A stretch of 64,000 bases of DNA. Origin: Clostridia bacterium. GTDB lineage: Bacteria > Bacillota > Clostridia > UMGS1883. The translations under genes were made by a program, and so were the position numbers. The notes under the pieces are model-generated. The model saw nothing but the letters and a program-made list of their open reading frames with translations. It made no database searches and had not been told where the DNA came from. The DNA lies in the NCBI GenBank assembly GCA_045604905.1, contig JAZUOX010000013.1, positions 5,922 to 69,921 on the forward strand, in the 5' to 3' direction. This document shows, piece after piece, positions 1 to 8,600 of this stretch (positions are counted from its first letter, which is position 1; each line of letters starts with the position of its first letter).

Positions 1-38
1 TCCTCCGTAAAGCAAACTATACAGAGCTTTGTGTAATT

Positions 39-203
39 AAAAAATGCGCCGGCCGGAGCCGACGCACGAAAAACACATAGGCTCACTGTCGCCAAACAGA
101 ATTCATGATCATAGTAAAGTGATACACAAATAGAACCTATGTGCTTTTGCCGTAAAACAAAAGCACATCACTTTACTATGGATATTATTAAATTCTGTTT
201 GGC
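39..203 (-). promoter_or_regulatory. candidate cis-regulatory leader RNA of unknown class: long rod hairpin followed by an intrinsic terminator
   Basis: On the minus strand, GCCAAACAGAAUU (203-191) pairs with GAAUUCUGUUUGGC (104-91). Inner stems are CAUAGUAAAGUGAU/AUCACUUUACUAUG and GUGCUUUUG/CAAAAGCAC, with a 17-nt bulge. A 9-bp GC-rich hairpin (66-45) plus U6 (44-39) follows. GGAGGA at 6-1 suggests a regulated gene beyond the left edge. Confidence 0.45.
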
Positions 204-209
204 ATTCTT

Positions 210-238
210 ATTATAGCATTCAAGGAGGTAAAATGCAA
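210..238 (-). promoter_or_regulatory. sigma-A type promoter: TTGCAT, 17 nt, TATAAT
   Basis: Read on the minus strand, the -35 TTGCAT is at 238-233 and the -10 TATAAT at 215-210, with a 17-nt spacer. The predicted start lies at the base of the rod hairpin. Confidence 0.5.
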
Positions 239-324
239 TATTTTTTATTTTATTCGACAAAAAAAGCTATATTTTTCAAAGCTACGGGATATTCGTGAAT
301 CGCCCCTACACTAATCTATACAAT

Positions 325-355
325 AAAAAGGGATTCATCGTACTGATGAATCCCT
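325..355 (-). terminator. intrinsic terminator of the decarboxylase operon
   Basis: Stem GGGATTCATC (330-339) pairs with GATGAATCCC (345-354) around a 5-nt loop. On the minus strand it is followed by a U5 run (complement of A325-329), 70 nt after the stop at 426. Confidence 0.7.
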
Positions 356-425
356 CCTTCATTTCGAACTTCGCACTTCGAATTCCGAACTCAATTTTGT
401 GCTATTAACATTTTAACATTTCCAA

Positions 426-1832
426 TTACATAGGATGAACTTTGTTTTCCTTATCTCCCAATACTGGGTCAATCTTATACTTTTCTGCCTGACGGAATTC
501 AAAATACTTTGTAGCAACAGGTCCGAAAAGTGCATAGCTGAGAACATCTTCGTCCTGTTCGCTGTACTCGTTAATCTCGCTTCTGAACTTGTCAAGCTCT
601 GCAGGAATCTGGTCTGCAGGTCTGCCTGTGATACGCTTTTCATCACCGAGAATCTTCTTTGCGAATTCATCGCTGATTTCCACGGGAGTTCTGCCGTATT
701 CACCCTTAACAAGACCGCGGAATTCCTTAGTAACATTCTTATATCTTTCGCCAAGAACTACATTGAATACCGCCTGAGAACCAACAATCTGACTTGTAGG
801 TGTTACAAGAGGCGGATAACCTGCATCCTCACGAACTCTGGGGATTTCTTTAAGAACTTCCTGGAATTTATCTTCAGCGTTAAGCTGCTTAAGCTGTGAA
901 AGAAGATTTGACAGCATACCGCCGGGAACCTGATACTTAAGAGTATTAACGTCAACTGCAAGCGCCTTGGGGTTAAGAGTGCCGTTTTCAAGATATCTTT
1001 CGCGGATAGGTCTGAAATAATCTGCAATCTCACTAAGAAGATTAAGGTCAAGACCTGTGTCGTATGGTGTTCCCTGAAGTGTAGCAACCATAGGCTCTGT
1101 TGCAGGCTGACTTGTACCCATAGCAAAGGGTGACATAGCACAGTCTACAATATCAACACCTGCTTCAATTGCTTTGAGATAAGTCATTGAAGCTATACCG
1201 CTTGTGTAATGTGTATGAAGCTCAATCGGGATTTTAACAGCTTCTTTCATACCCTTAACGAGGTCATACGCATTGTAAGGGGTAAGAAGGCCCGCCATAT
1301 CCTTGATACAGATTGAGCTTGCGCCCATACCCTCAAGTTCTTTTGCCATATTGATAAAGGTTTCGTTTGTATGAACAGGGCTTATGGTGTAAGAAATAGC
1401 TGCCTGAACATGGCCCTTTTCCTTAACTGTAGCTTCAATAGCTGTTTTAAGGTTTCTCACATCATTAAGAGCGTCAAATATTCTGATAATATCAATACCG
1501 TTTGCAATAGACTTCTGTACGAAGTATTCTACAACATCATCACCATAGTGACGGTAGCCGAGGATATTCTGTCCTCTGAAAAGCATCTGCAAAGGAGTAT
1601 TCTTTGCCTTATCCTTGATTTTACGGAGTCTTTCCCAAGGGTCTTCCTTAAGAAAACGAAGACAACTGTCAAATGTAGCACCACCCCATGCCTCTAAAGC
1701 ATTGAAGCCCACTTTATCAAGAAGCTCTACCGCACCAAGCATCTCTTCTGTTGTCATACGGGTCGCAATAAGAGACTGATGCGCATCACGGAGAATTGTT
1801 TCGGTAATTTTAACCGGTTTTTTATTTGCCAT
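426..1832 (-). CDS. 5S-type carboxyltransferase subunit (oxaloacetate decarboxylase alpha / pyruvate carboxylase subunit B family) lacking a biotinyl domain
   Basis: 468 aa. The N-terminus ITETILRDAHQSLIATRM and the TIM-barrel motifs (IFDALND, HTHYTSG) are typical of the OadA/PycB/transcarboxylase 5S family. There is no C-terminal MKM biotin motif. ATG start with AAGGAAA upstream. Confidence 0.85.
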   Translation of the reverse strand: MANKKPVKITETILRDAHQSLIATRMTTEEMLGAVELLDKVGFNALEAWGGATFDSCLRFLKEDPWERLRKIKDKAKNTPLQMLFRGQNILGYRHYGDDVVEYFVQKSIANGIDIIRIFDALNDVRNLKTAIEATVKEKGHVQAAISYTISPVHTNETFINMAKELEGMGASSICIKDMAGLLTPYNAYDLVKGMKEAVKIPIELHTHYTSGIASMTYLKAIEAGVDIVDCAMSPFAMGTSQPATEPMVATLQGTPYDTGLDLNLLSEIADYFRPIRERYLENGTLNPKALAVDVNTLKYQVPGGMLSNLLSQLKQLNAEDKFQEVLKEIPRVREDAGYPPLVTPTSQIVGSQAVFNVVLGERYKNVTKEFRGLVKGEYGRTPVEISDEFAKKILGDEKRITGRPADQIPAELDKFRSEINEYSEQDEDVLSYALFGPVATKYFEFRQAEKYKIDPVLGDKENKVHPM

Positions 1833-1907
1833 GATAATTATTTCCTTTCTGAATTTTGTATTATAAATCCAACGAATGTTCTGTGCATTTTTCTGTGCCC
1901 GTAGCGA

Positions 1908-3146
1908 TTATTTAAATAAAGCTAAGAATACACCTGCCGCAACGGCACTGCCTATAACACCTGCCACGTTGGGTCCCATAGCGTGCATGAGAAGGAAGTT
2001 TGAAGGATTCTCCTTCTGACCTACTGTCTGTGATACACGAGCTGCCATAGGAACAGCACTAACGCCTGCGCTACCGATAAGGGGATTAATCTTACCGCCT
2101 GAAAGCTTGCACATAAGTTTACCGAAAAGAACACCTGCTGCTGTACTTACGCCAAAAGCTACAAGACCGAGACATATAATAAGAATTGTCTTAGGTGTAA
2201 GGAATGTGTCTGCAGTTGCAGTAGCGCCAACTGTAAGACCGAGGAATATTGTGATAATATTCATAAGCTCGTTCTGTGCTGCCTTACTGATTCTTTCAAC
2301 AACGCCACTTTCCTTCATAAGGTTACCAAGCATAAGCATACCTACAAGGGGAGCCGCATCGGGAATAAGAAGAACAACTACGAGTGTAACAATTATCGGG
2401 AAAATAATCTTTTCACGCTTTGTCACTGTACGGAGAGTTTCCATTTTAATCATACGCTCTTTCTTAGTTGTAAGAGCCTTCATAATCGGGGGCTGAATAA
2501 TGGGAACGAGCGCCATATAAGAATATGCTGCAACTGCAATTGCACTCAGAAGATGCGGTGCAAGTGTCTTTGTAACGTAAATTGCTGTGGGACCGTCAGC
2601 ACCACCGATGATACCGATTGAAGCAGCTTCCTTGAAAATATCAAGAGCTGTTGCATCACCCGCACCAAAACCGCCGATATGGAATGCACCAAGGAAAATT
2701 GCACCGAGGAAAGTAATGAATACTCCAACCTGTGCCGCTGCACCGAGAAGGATACTTTTAGGATTTGAAATAAGGGGAGCAAAGTCTGTCATACAACCAA
2801 TACCTAGGAAAATAAGCGGAGGATAAACACCAAGCTTAACACCTAAGTACAAAATATCAAGTAGTCCGCCCTTTTTCAGTACCATACCGTAGTCAATACT
2901 TTCACCGTTAAAGAACTCCGGATGCATTACGCCGCCAAGGGGAAGGTTTGCAAGAAGCATACCAAATGCAATGGGAAGCAGAAGAAGCGGCTCAAACTTT
3001 TTAACAATGGCAAGATACAGAAGCACGCAGGCTATAGCAATCATAGCAAGGGTTTTTATTCCGCCCAAATCTGCCATTTTAAATAATTCTGCTATACCGG
3101 TTTTAGCAAAAAAGTCGCTAAAACCTGCCAATAAACTTTCTAACAA
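1908..3146 (-). CDS. Na+-translocating decarboxylase beta subunit (OadB/MmdB/GcdB family)
   Basis: 412 aa polytopic membrane protein. [21 protein letters not shown] and the rest resemble OadB-family pumps. The start codon is TTG at 3146, preceded by GGAGTG. The full-length N-terminus matches family members as recalled. Confidence 0.88.
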   Translation of the reverse strand: MLESLLAGFSDFFAKTGIAELFKMADLGGIKTLAMIAIACVLLYLAIVKKFEPLLLLPIAFGMLLANLPLGGVMHPEFFNGESIDYGMVLKKGGLLDILYLGVKLGVYPPLIFLGIGCMTDFAPLISNPKSILLGAAAQVGVFITFLGAIFLGAFHIGGFGAGDATALDIFKEAASIGIIGGADGPTAIYVTKTLAPHLLSAIAVAAYSYMALVPIIQPPIMKALTTKKERMIKMETLRTVTKREKIIFPIIVTLVVVLLIPDAAPLVGMLMLGNLMKESGVVERISKAAQNELMNIITIFLGLTVGATATADTFLTPKTILIICLGLVAFGVSTAAGVLFGKLMCKLSGGKINPLIGSAGVSAVPMAARVSQTVGQKENPSNFLLMHAMGPNVAGVIGSAVAAGVFLALFK

Positions 3147-3182
3147 CTAAATCACTCCATTTCTCAATTTTTCTTTGTTCAA

Positions 3183-3551
3183 TTAAGAAATAGATACAAG
3201 TACGTCGCCTGTATTTACTGTTGAACCCTTACTTGCAACAACTGTAACTGTACCGTCACAGGGTGCATAAATTTCGTTTTCCATTTTCATAGCTTCAAGG
3301 ATAACAACAACGTCACCCTCTTTTACTGCCTGACCGTTTGATACCTTAATATCAAGTACGTTACCGGGCATAGGTGCCTTAACAGCTGTACCACCGGCAG
3401 GTGCTGCTGCCTTGGGAGCTGCAGGAGCTGCCTTAGGTGCTGCTACAGGAGCTGCCTTGGGAGCTGCTGCGGGTGCGGAAACTGCACCGCCAACTTCCTC
3501 TACCTCTACTTCATATGAATTACCGTTTACATTAACTATAAATTTTCTCAT
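3183..3551 (-). CDS. biotin carboxyl carrier protein (MmdC/GcdC-like gamma subunit)
   Basis: Ala/Pro-rich linker (APKAAPVAAPKAAPAAPKAA) followed by the biotinylation motif EAMKMENEI. I chose ATG at 3551 (GGAGGA 7 nt upstream) over the tracked 3566. Confidence 0.88.
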   Translation of the reverse strand: MRKFIVNVNGNSYEVEVEEVGGAVSAPAAAPKAAPVAAPKAAPAAPKAAAPAGGTAVKAPMPGNVLDIKVSNGQAVKEGDVVVILEAMKMENEIYAPCDGTVTVVASKGSTVNTGDVLVSIS

Positions 3552-3565
3552 TGCAATTTCCTCCA

Positions 3566-3952
3566 TTATAATTTATTATCAAGAATTTCCATACGACCAG
3601 CCTTATTCCAAGAGCCGCCGGGAACCTTTTTGTACGAACGAACCACAAAGTTTGACGTGCTCTCTCCTGTCATTGCCGCAATAGCCGCAGTAATTACTGC
3701 AACAAGTTCGAGTTCGTCAGTTTCGGCAACAGTCTCTGAAACTGTTTCAGTTGCCTTCTGTACGGGTGCTGAATCTTTAAGTGAGGTTTGCTTAATCTTC
3801 GGCTTTTTCTCACCACTAAAAAGTGCCATTGCTTTTATAACCATCATTATGATTACAAGGATAAGGAACACTATCAGTATACCCATAACAGTATAGGCGA
3901 GTCCCGCACCGATAAGGTCCGATGTACCCCACACTGTATTTAAATCTTTCAT
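3566..3952 (-). CDS. OadG/MmdD-like small membrane anchor subunit of the Na+ decarboxylase
   Basis: 128 aa with a single N-terminal TM (GILIVFLILVIIMMVI), an acidic linker and an AAIAAM-type C-terminal segment. It sits between the carboxyltransferase and BCCP genes, as in mmd/gcd operons. GAGGTGAG RBS. Confidence 0.7.
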   Translation of the reverse strand: MKDLNTVWGTSDLIGAGLAYTVMGILIVFLILVIIMMVIKAMALFSGEKKPKIKQTSLKDSAPVQKATETVSETVAETDELELVAVITAAIAAMTGESTSNFVVRSYKKVPGGSWNKAGRMEILDNKL

Positions 3953-3976
3953 ATTCTCACCTCTTAAGTTTTCGGC

Positions 3977-5455
3977 TTAAAGCGGCATATTGTCATGCTT
4001 ACGGGAAGGTGCACCTGCACGCTTACTGCGAAGCATTTCAAAAGCTGCAACAATTCTTGCTCTTGTCTCTGACGGAACAATTATATCGTCTATACAGCCG
4101 AGGCTTGCTGCTTTGTAAATAGAAGCCTCATTTTCAGCATACTCTGCCTCAAGAGCTTCACGGCTCTCTCCTGCCTTGAGTCTGTCAGCATAAAGCATAC
4201 CTACACCTGCTGCCGGAGGAAGCGGTGCCATCTCAGCCGAGGGGAATGCAAGGATAAGGTCTGCACCGCCCTGCTTTGAATTAAGAAGTGTATAAGCTGT
4301 ACCGTAAGCCTTTTTAACAATAAGATTAACCTTGGGAACGGTTGCTTCTACGAAAGCGTACATAAGCTCTGCGCTCTTTCTTGCAAGACCCCATGCTTCC
4401 TCACTTGCACTTGCCTTAAAGCCTTCAATGTCTGTAATTGTGAGAATCGGGATATTGTAGCAGTCACAGAAACGAACAAATCTTTCCATTTTCTGTGCTG
4501 CACGGCTGCAGATTTCATCAGCTTGTGTTGCGATAACACCGACAGTTGAGCCGTTTACGCGGATAAATCCGGTTGAAGCCTCACCAACGAAGTCCGGCTG
4601 TATTTCAAAATATGCTTTGTCGTCAGCAATTTCCGCAATAACAACTCTTACATCGCCAACAGCATCCATATCATTAAGCACTTCACAAGGACGGTTAAGG
4701 TCATCTTCTGTAACAAATTCAAATGCATCTGAAAGATTATTTGAAGGAAGATATGTGAGAAGAAGCTTTGCAATTTCAATACACTCAACATCATCTTTTC
4801 CGATGAAGTGTGCATTGCCGTTCTCGTTAACATTACCTTCTGCACCAAGAGAAGGAGCTTTACCCTCTGTTGCTTCAATAATGTCAGGACCTGTTACGAA
4901 CATTTTGCCGTTCTTTCCGTTCATAATAACAAAATCGCTCATTGCAGCAGCAATTGCACTACCACCGGCACAGTTGCCGAATACAATGCTTATGTTGGGA
5001 ACAACACCGCTGATATTTGCAAAAGCTGAAAGAACTCTGCCCATAGCCCTCTGAACTCTGGGACCGTCAGAAAGTCTTACGCCGTTTGAATCAAGCATAC
5101 CAATAACAGGTGCACCCATTTTTGATGCCATATCAACAATTTTGTTGATTTTGTTGGCGTACATTTCACCCATGCTGCCACCAAGTACTGTAACATCCTG
5201 AGAATATACATACACAAGTCTGCCGTCAATTGTACCGTAACCGGTAACAACGCCGTCAGCCGCTGTTTCCCCATCGCGTGCAGAAATAAATGCACCGATT
5301 TCCACGAAACTGCCACCGTCGAGAAGTGCGTCAATTCTCTCTCTTGCGGTCATACTACCGCCTTGTCTTTGCTTATCCTGAAATTCCTTGCCGCCACCGA
5401 GAGCAATCTCTTCTTTTTTAGCAAGAAGTTCGGATATTTTGTTGATTGAACTCAT
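3977..5455 (-). CDS. acyl-CoA carboxyltransferase, methylmalonyl-CoA decarboxylase alpha / propionyl-CoA carboxylase beta (12S) family
   Basis: 492 aa with two crotonase-like carboxyltransferase halves (GGSMGEMYANK; GVIATQADE; AYGTAYTLLNS). I chose ATG at 5455 with AGGAGGTA upstream (5461-5468) over the tracked 5488. Confidence 0.88.
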   Translation of the reverse strand: MSSINKISELLAKKEEIALGGGKEFQDKQRQGGSMTARERIDALLDGGSFVEIGAFISARDGETAADGVVTGYGTIDGRLVYVYSQDVTVLGGSMGEMYANKINKIVDMASKMGAPVIGMLDSNGVRLSDGPRVQRAMGRVLSAFANISGVVPNISIVFGNCAGGSAIAAAMSDFVIMNGKNGKMFVTGPDIIEATEGKAPSLGAEGNVNENGNAHFIGKDDVECIEIAKLLLTYLPSNNLSDAFEFVTEDDLNRPCEVLNDMDAVGDVRVVIAEIADDKAYFEIQPDFVGEASTGFIRVNGSTVGVIATQADEICSRAAQKMERFVRFCDCYNIPILTITDIEGFKASASEEAWGLARKSAELMYAFVEATVPKVNLIVKKAYGTAYTLLNSKQGGADLILAFPSAEMAPLPPAAGVGMLYADRLKAGESREALEAEYAENEASIYKAASLGCIDDIIVPSETRARIVAAFEMLRSKRAGAPSRKHDNMPL

Positions 5456-5508
5456 CTCTTTACCTCCTACATTTATTGTCAATCTCAAATTTTTCCCTAT
5501 TGTACTAT

Positions 5509-5537
5509 ATTATACCTTATTTTTACACCAATTTCAA
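5509..5537 (-). promoter_or_regulatory. sigma-A type promoter of the decarboxylase operon: TTGAAA, 17 nt, TATAAT
   Basis: Read on the minus strand, the -35 is at 5537-5532 and the -10 at 5514-5509, with a 17-nt spacer, about 55 nt upstream of the first CDS. Confidence 0.5.
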
Positions 5538-5583
5538 TATATATTCGGTAAATTTTTATCGGAAAAATAATTATTTTTCAAAT

Positions 5584-5618
5584 AAAAACACACCCCCGAA
5601 ATTTTTCGGAGGTGTGTT
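5584..5618 (-). terminator. intrinsic terminator after the LRR surface protein gene
   Basis: AACACACCCCCGAAA (5587-5601) pairs with TTTCGGAGGTGTGTT (5604-5618). On the minus strand a U-run follows (complement of A5584-5588). Confidence 0.7.
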
Positions 5619-5667
5619 GGAATAAGTTTTTGAGAATTGGTTATTTAAATGATGTGACCCCACTTTT

Positions 5668-8600
5668 TTAATTCAACAAAACCTCACAGTTATCCAGCAA
5701 TGGAATAATATTTGTCATCCCATTCCAAAGCATAACTTTTACCTTATTTCCGTCATCGGTTTCAAAATCTTCCAAAACAATATCCGTAGTGCCGTTATTT
5801 ATATCAGTTGTTTTTGTTTTTAACTGAATCAGCTTTTTATTGTCGTCATATAGTGCGATAACCAGAGCAGAGTTTTTGTATTCTGTATCGCTTAAAACTC
5901 TTATAGTTCTACTAATATTGTGATAGTAGATTTTATTTTGTGGAATATTTAAGGGTATCATCCCGACATTTACATCTGTTTGCGGTGGCGGAACCTGCAA
6001 CCATTCGCTATATGCCGTCTCATAATCAGAGTGTTCGTACTTTACCTGCCAAAATCCTTCTGGGACATCCCATGCATATTTTCCATCTTTATCTGTATAC
6101 AAAGGGTTCTTCTGTGAATATTCACTTGCATCCCACAAAATAGAAGCGGATTCGAGAGTTTCTTTAAAGTAAACAGTTGCTTTTACTCCTTGAATACGTT
6201 CATTTGTTATTGAGTCATAAACATATCCACTGGGGTCAATTGCCCAACGGAAATCAAATTTCATATTTTGAATCGTAAACATATTATTGTTCTGTCTTAT
6301 CATCGCTTCATTTTGTAAGCTTTTAAACAAAAAATCACACAGTTTAGCCTCAATCTGAAGTGCTTTTCCAATAGGCTCAAGCACTTTAGATTTTTCAGCT
6401 ATTGAACCAGCTATTTCAACAGCACCACCAAACCATCTTCCGACAATACAAATTCCATTTAACGCTCTGTTCCATGATAATACTTCACAATATTTGTCTT
6501 TTTCCTCTTCAGACAGAACAGCTGAATTACGGATTTCACGTTCCATTTCTCGGTAAGCTTGTTCTGTGGAAACGGTATCATCAATAAGCTCAGCATATTT
6601 AACAACACCAAGAGACTTTCCTGCCACTTTTATACCTATTGAATCAACCTCATAACTAAACAGCGTATATCCGGTTTCAACCGCAGAAGAAGTCCCTTCT
6701 TTTTCCAAGAATACAAGCGTTTCAACCGTCGGATCCTGGTAGTTATATATTTTTGAAAAGACCATTTCCTTGTCAGTTTTGGAAACGCACACAAAACCAT
6801 GTTCTTCGGCGTTATCAACAGTAATATTCTGCGTATTCTCTTTCTTTTTTTTCGTATATCTTATTTCCGTAATTGAACCATCCTTCTCTTCTACTTTCAC
6901 AGTAGCTCCGACAGAATCATCATCAACATTTTCTACCTCTATTACAGGATTTTTCCAATCATCGGGAATGCTGTTTATTACTTCATCTGCTGAAAAATCA
7001 AAAGGTGTATTCAAATCAATACTTTCACTTGTGCGTTCATAAGTTACACCAATTGTTCCAGGAACGTAAGATGTATTTTCCGGTTCAAAAAAACCTTTGG
7101 CAATATATGCTTGTTCTTTTTCGTCCCATTTAGCTTCCATATACTTTTTTGTGTTATTTCTTGTACTTATAATGAATACCTTGTCAATCTTATTTATAGG
7201 TTCAAACTTTACCGTAAATTTGAAATCAGCTCCACCAGTAAACGTAACAATAGGCTTTTTATCAACAGTATCTTCCAAAGTATATCTTGCTCCATTATGC
7301 TCCATTATAAAAGTGGTAAGAACGGGGGTTGCCTCTTTATATATAACCCTTGTTTCTGCAGTTATAGCATTTCCGCCTTTATCCGTAGTTTTTGCCATTA
7401 ATACATATTTTTTACCTGAAGACGGATTAGCCAAAGTAAGCTTTGCTGAATAATCCCCTGCTTTATTGGAAACAACTGTTGATTGTTTCACTCCATCCAC
7501 ATATAAATCAACACTATGATTTGGTAAAGTAACACCTTTAACCTCAACCATGGACTGTCCGGTCTCTCCTTGTGTTGTTATGCTTAATATAGGAATATCT
7601 AAGTCTATTACACCTATAATATTTTCTCCACACACATCTTCTCCATTTTTTCCTATTTCAACAAAGAAGATTTTTGCATACGAAAATATCGGTTCATATG
7701 ATAGTGGCTTTAACTGAAATTTCAAATCGCCCTTTTTTTCGGTTACAGGGATTGTTAGTAAATTAGATTCATAATTGTATTGAACGCATAACTCACCATT
7801 AAGATACAAAGTTTCCTCAACAAGTTCAACGTTTTCCGGAATTCGCACAGTGATTTCTACACTTTTAGGGTTTACCCCGCTTTTAAACTCATAATTTAAA
7901 ACCATTGGTAAATATCCCGATGCAGAAATCCCTTCGTTGTTTACTTTATAATATGTGTTTTTTCGTTTTACGGAAAGCATATCGTCGTTAGACCCTGTTC
8001 CCAAATCATGTATGGGGATTTTGTTTTCAATAGCATATATAGCAGCATAACTGTTCATATTACAATAGAACTCAACATTATTTGATTTATAGAACGCATC
8101 TTGCTCTATATTAGTTACGCTATCTGGTATTTCGACACCTAGAAGGCTATTACATTCTCGAAATGCACTATTTCCAATACTTGTTACATTTTTGGGTATA
8201 TTAATGCTTATTAAACTACTGCAACCAGAAAATGCATAATCTTCTATGCTTTTCACATTGTTAGGAATATTTATATTTTTTAAGCCAGTACAGCCAGCAA
8301 ATGAACTACCACCTATACTTGTCACACTATCTGGTATTGTTATACTTGTTAAACTTATGCAATCAGTAAATAAATTATTTTCTATACTTTTTATTCCGTT
8401 AGGTATGACTATATTCGTTAGGCTTCTGCAGTCTATAAATGCTCCATATTCGATATTTGTTACACTATCTGGTATATCTATACTTGTTAAGCTTTCACAC
8501 ATACCAAAAGCCCAATATCCTATGCGTTTTACACTCTTGGGCATAGATACAGCCGTTAAGTTGCTAAATCCCCAAAATGCATTTTCACCTATGCTTGTTA

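Noticed and set aside
234-299. A 21-codon plus-strand ORF (MQYFLFYSTKKAIFFKATGYS) preceded by AAGGAGG.
   Set aside because: The SD-like sequence falls in the spacer of a better-supported minus-strand promoter. The spacing to the ATG is short (4 nt). I found no plus-strand promoter or terminator. It is kept only as an alternative reading.
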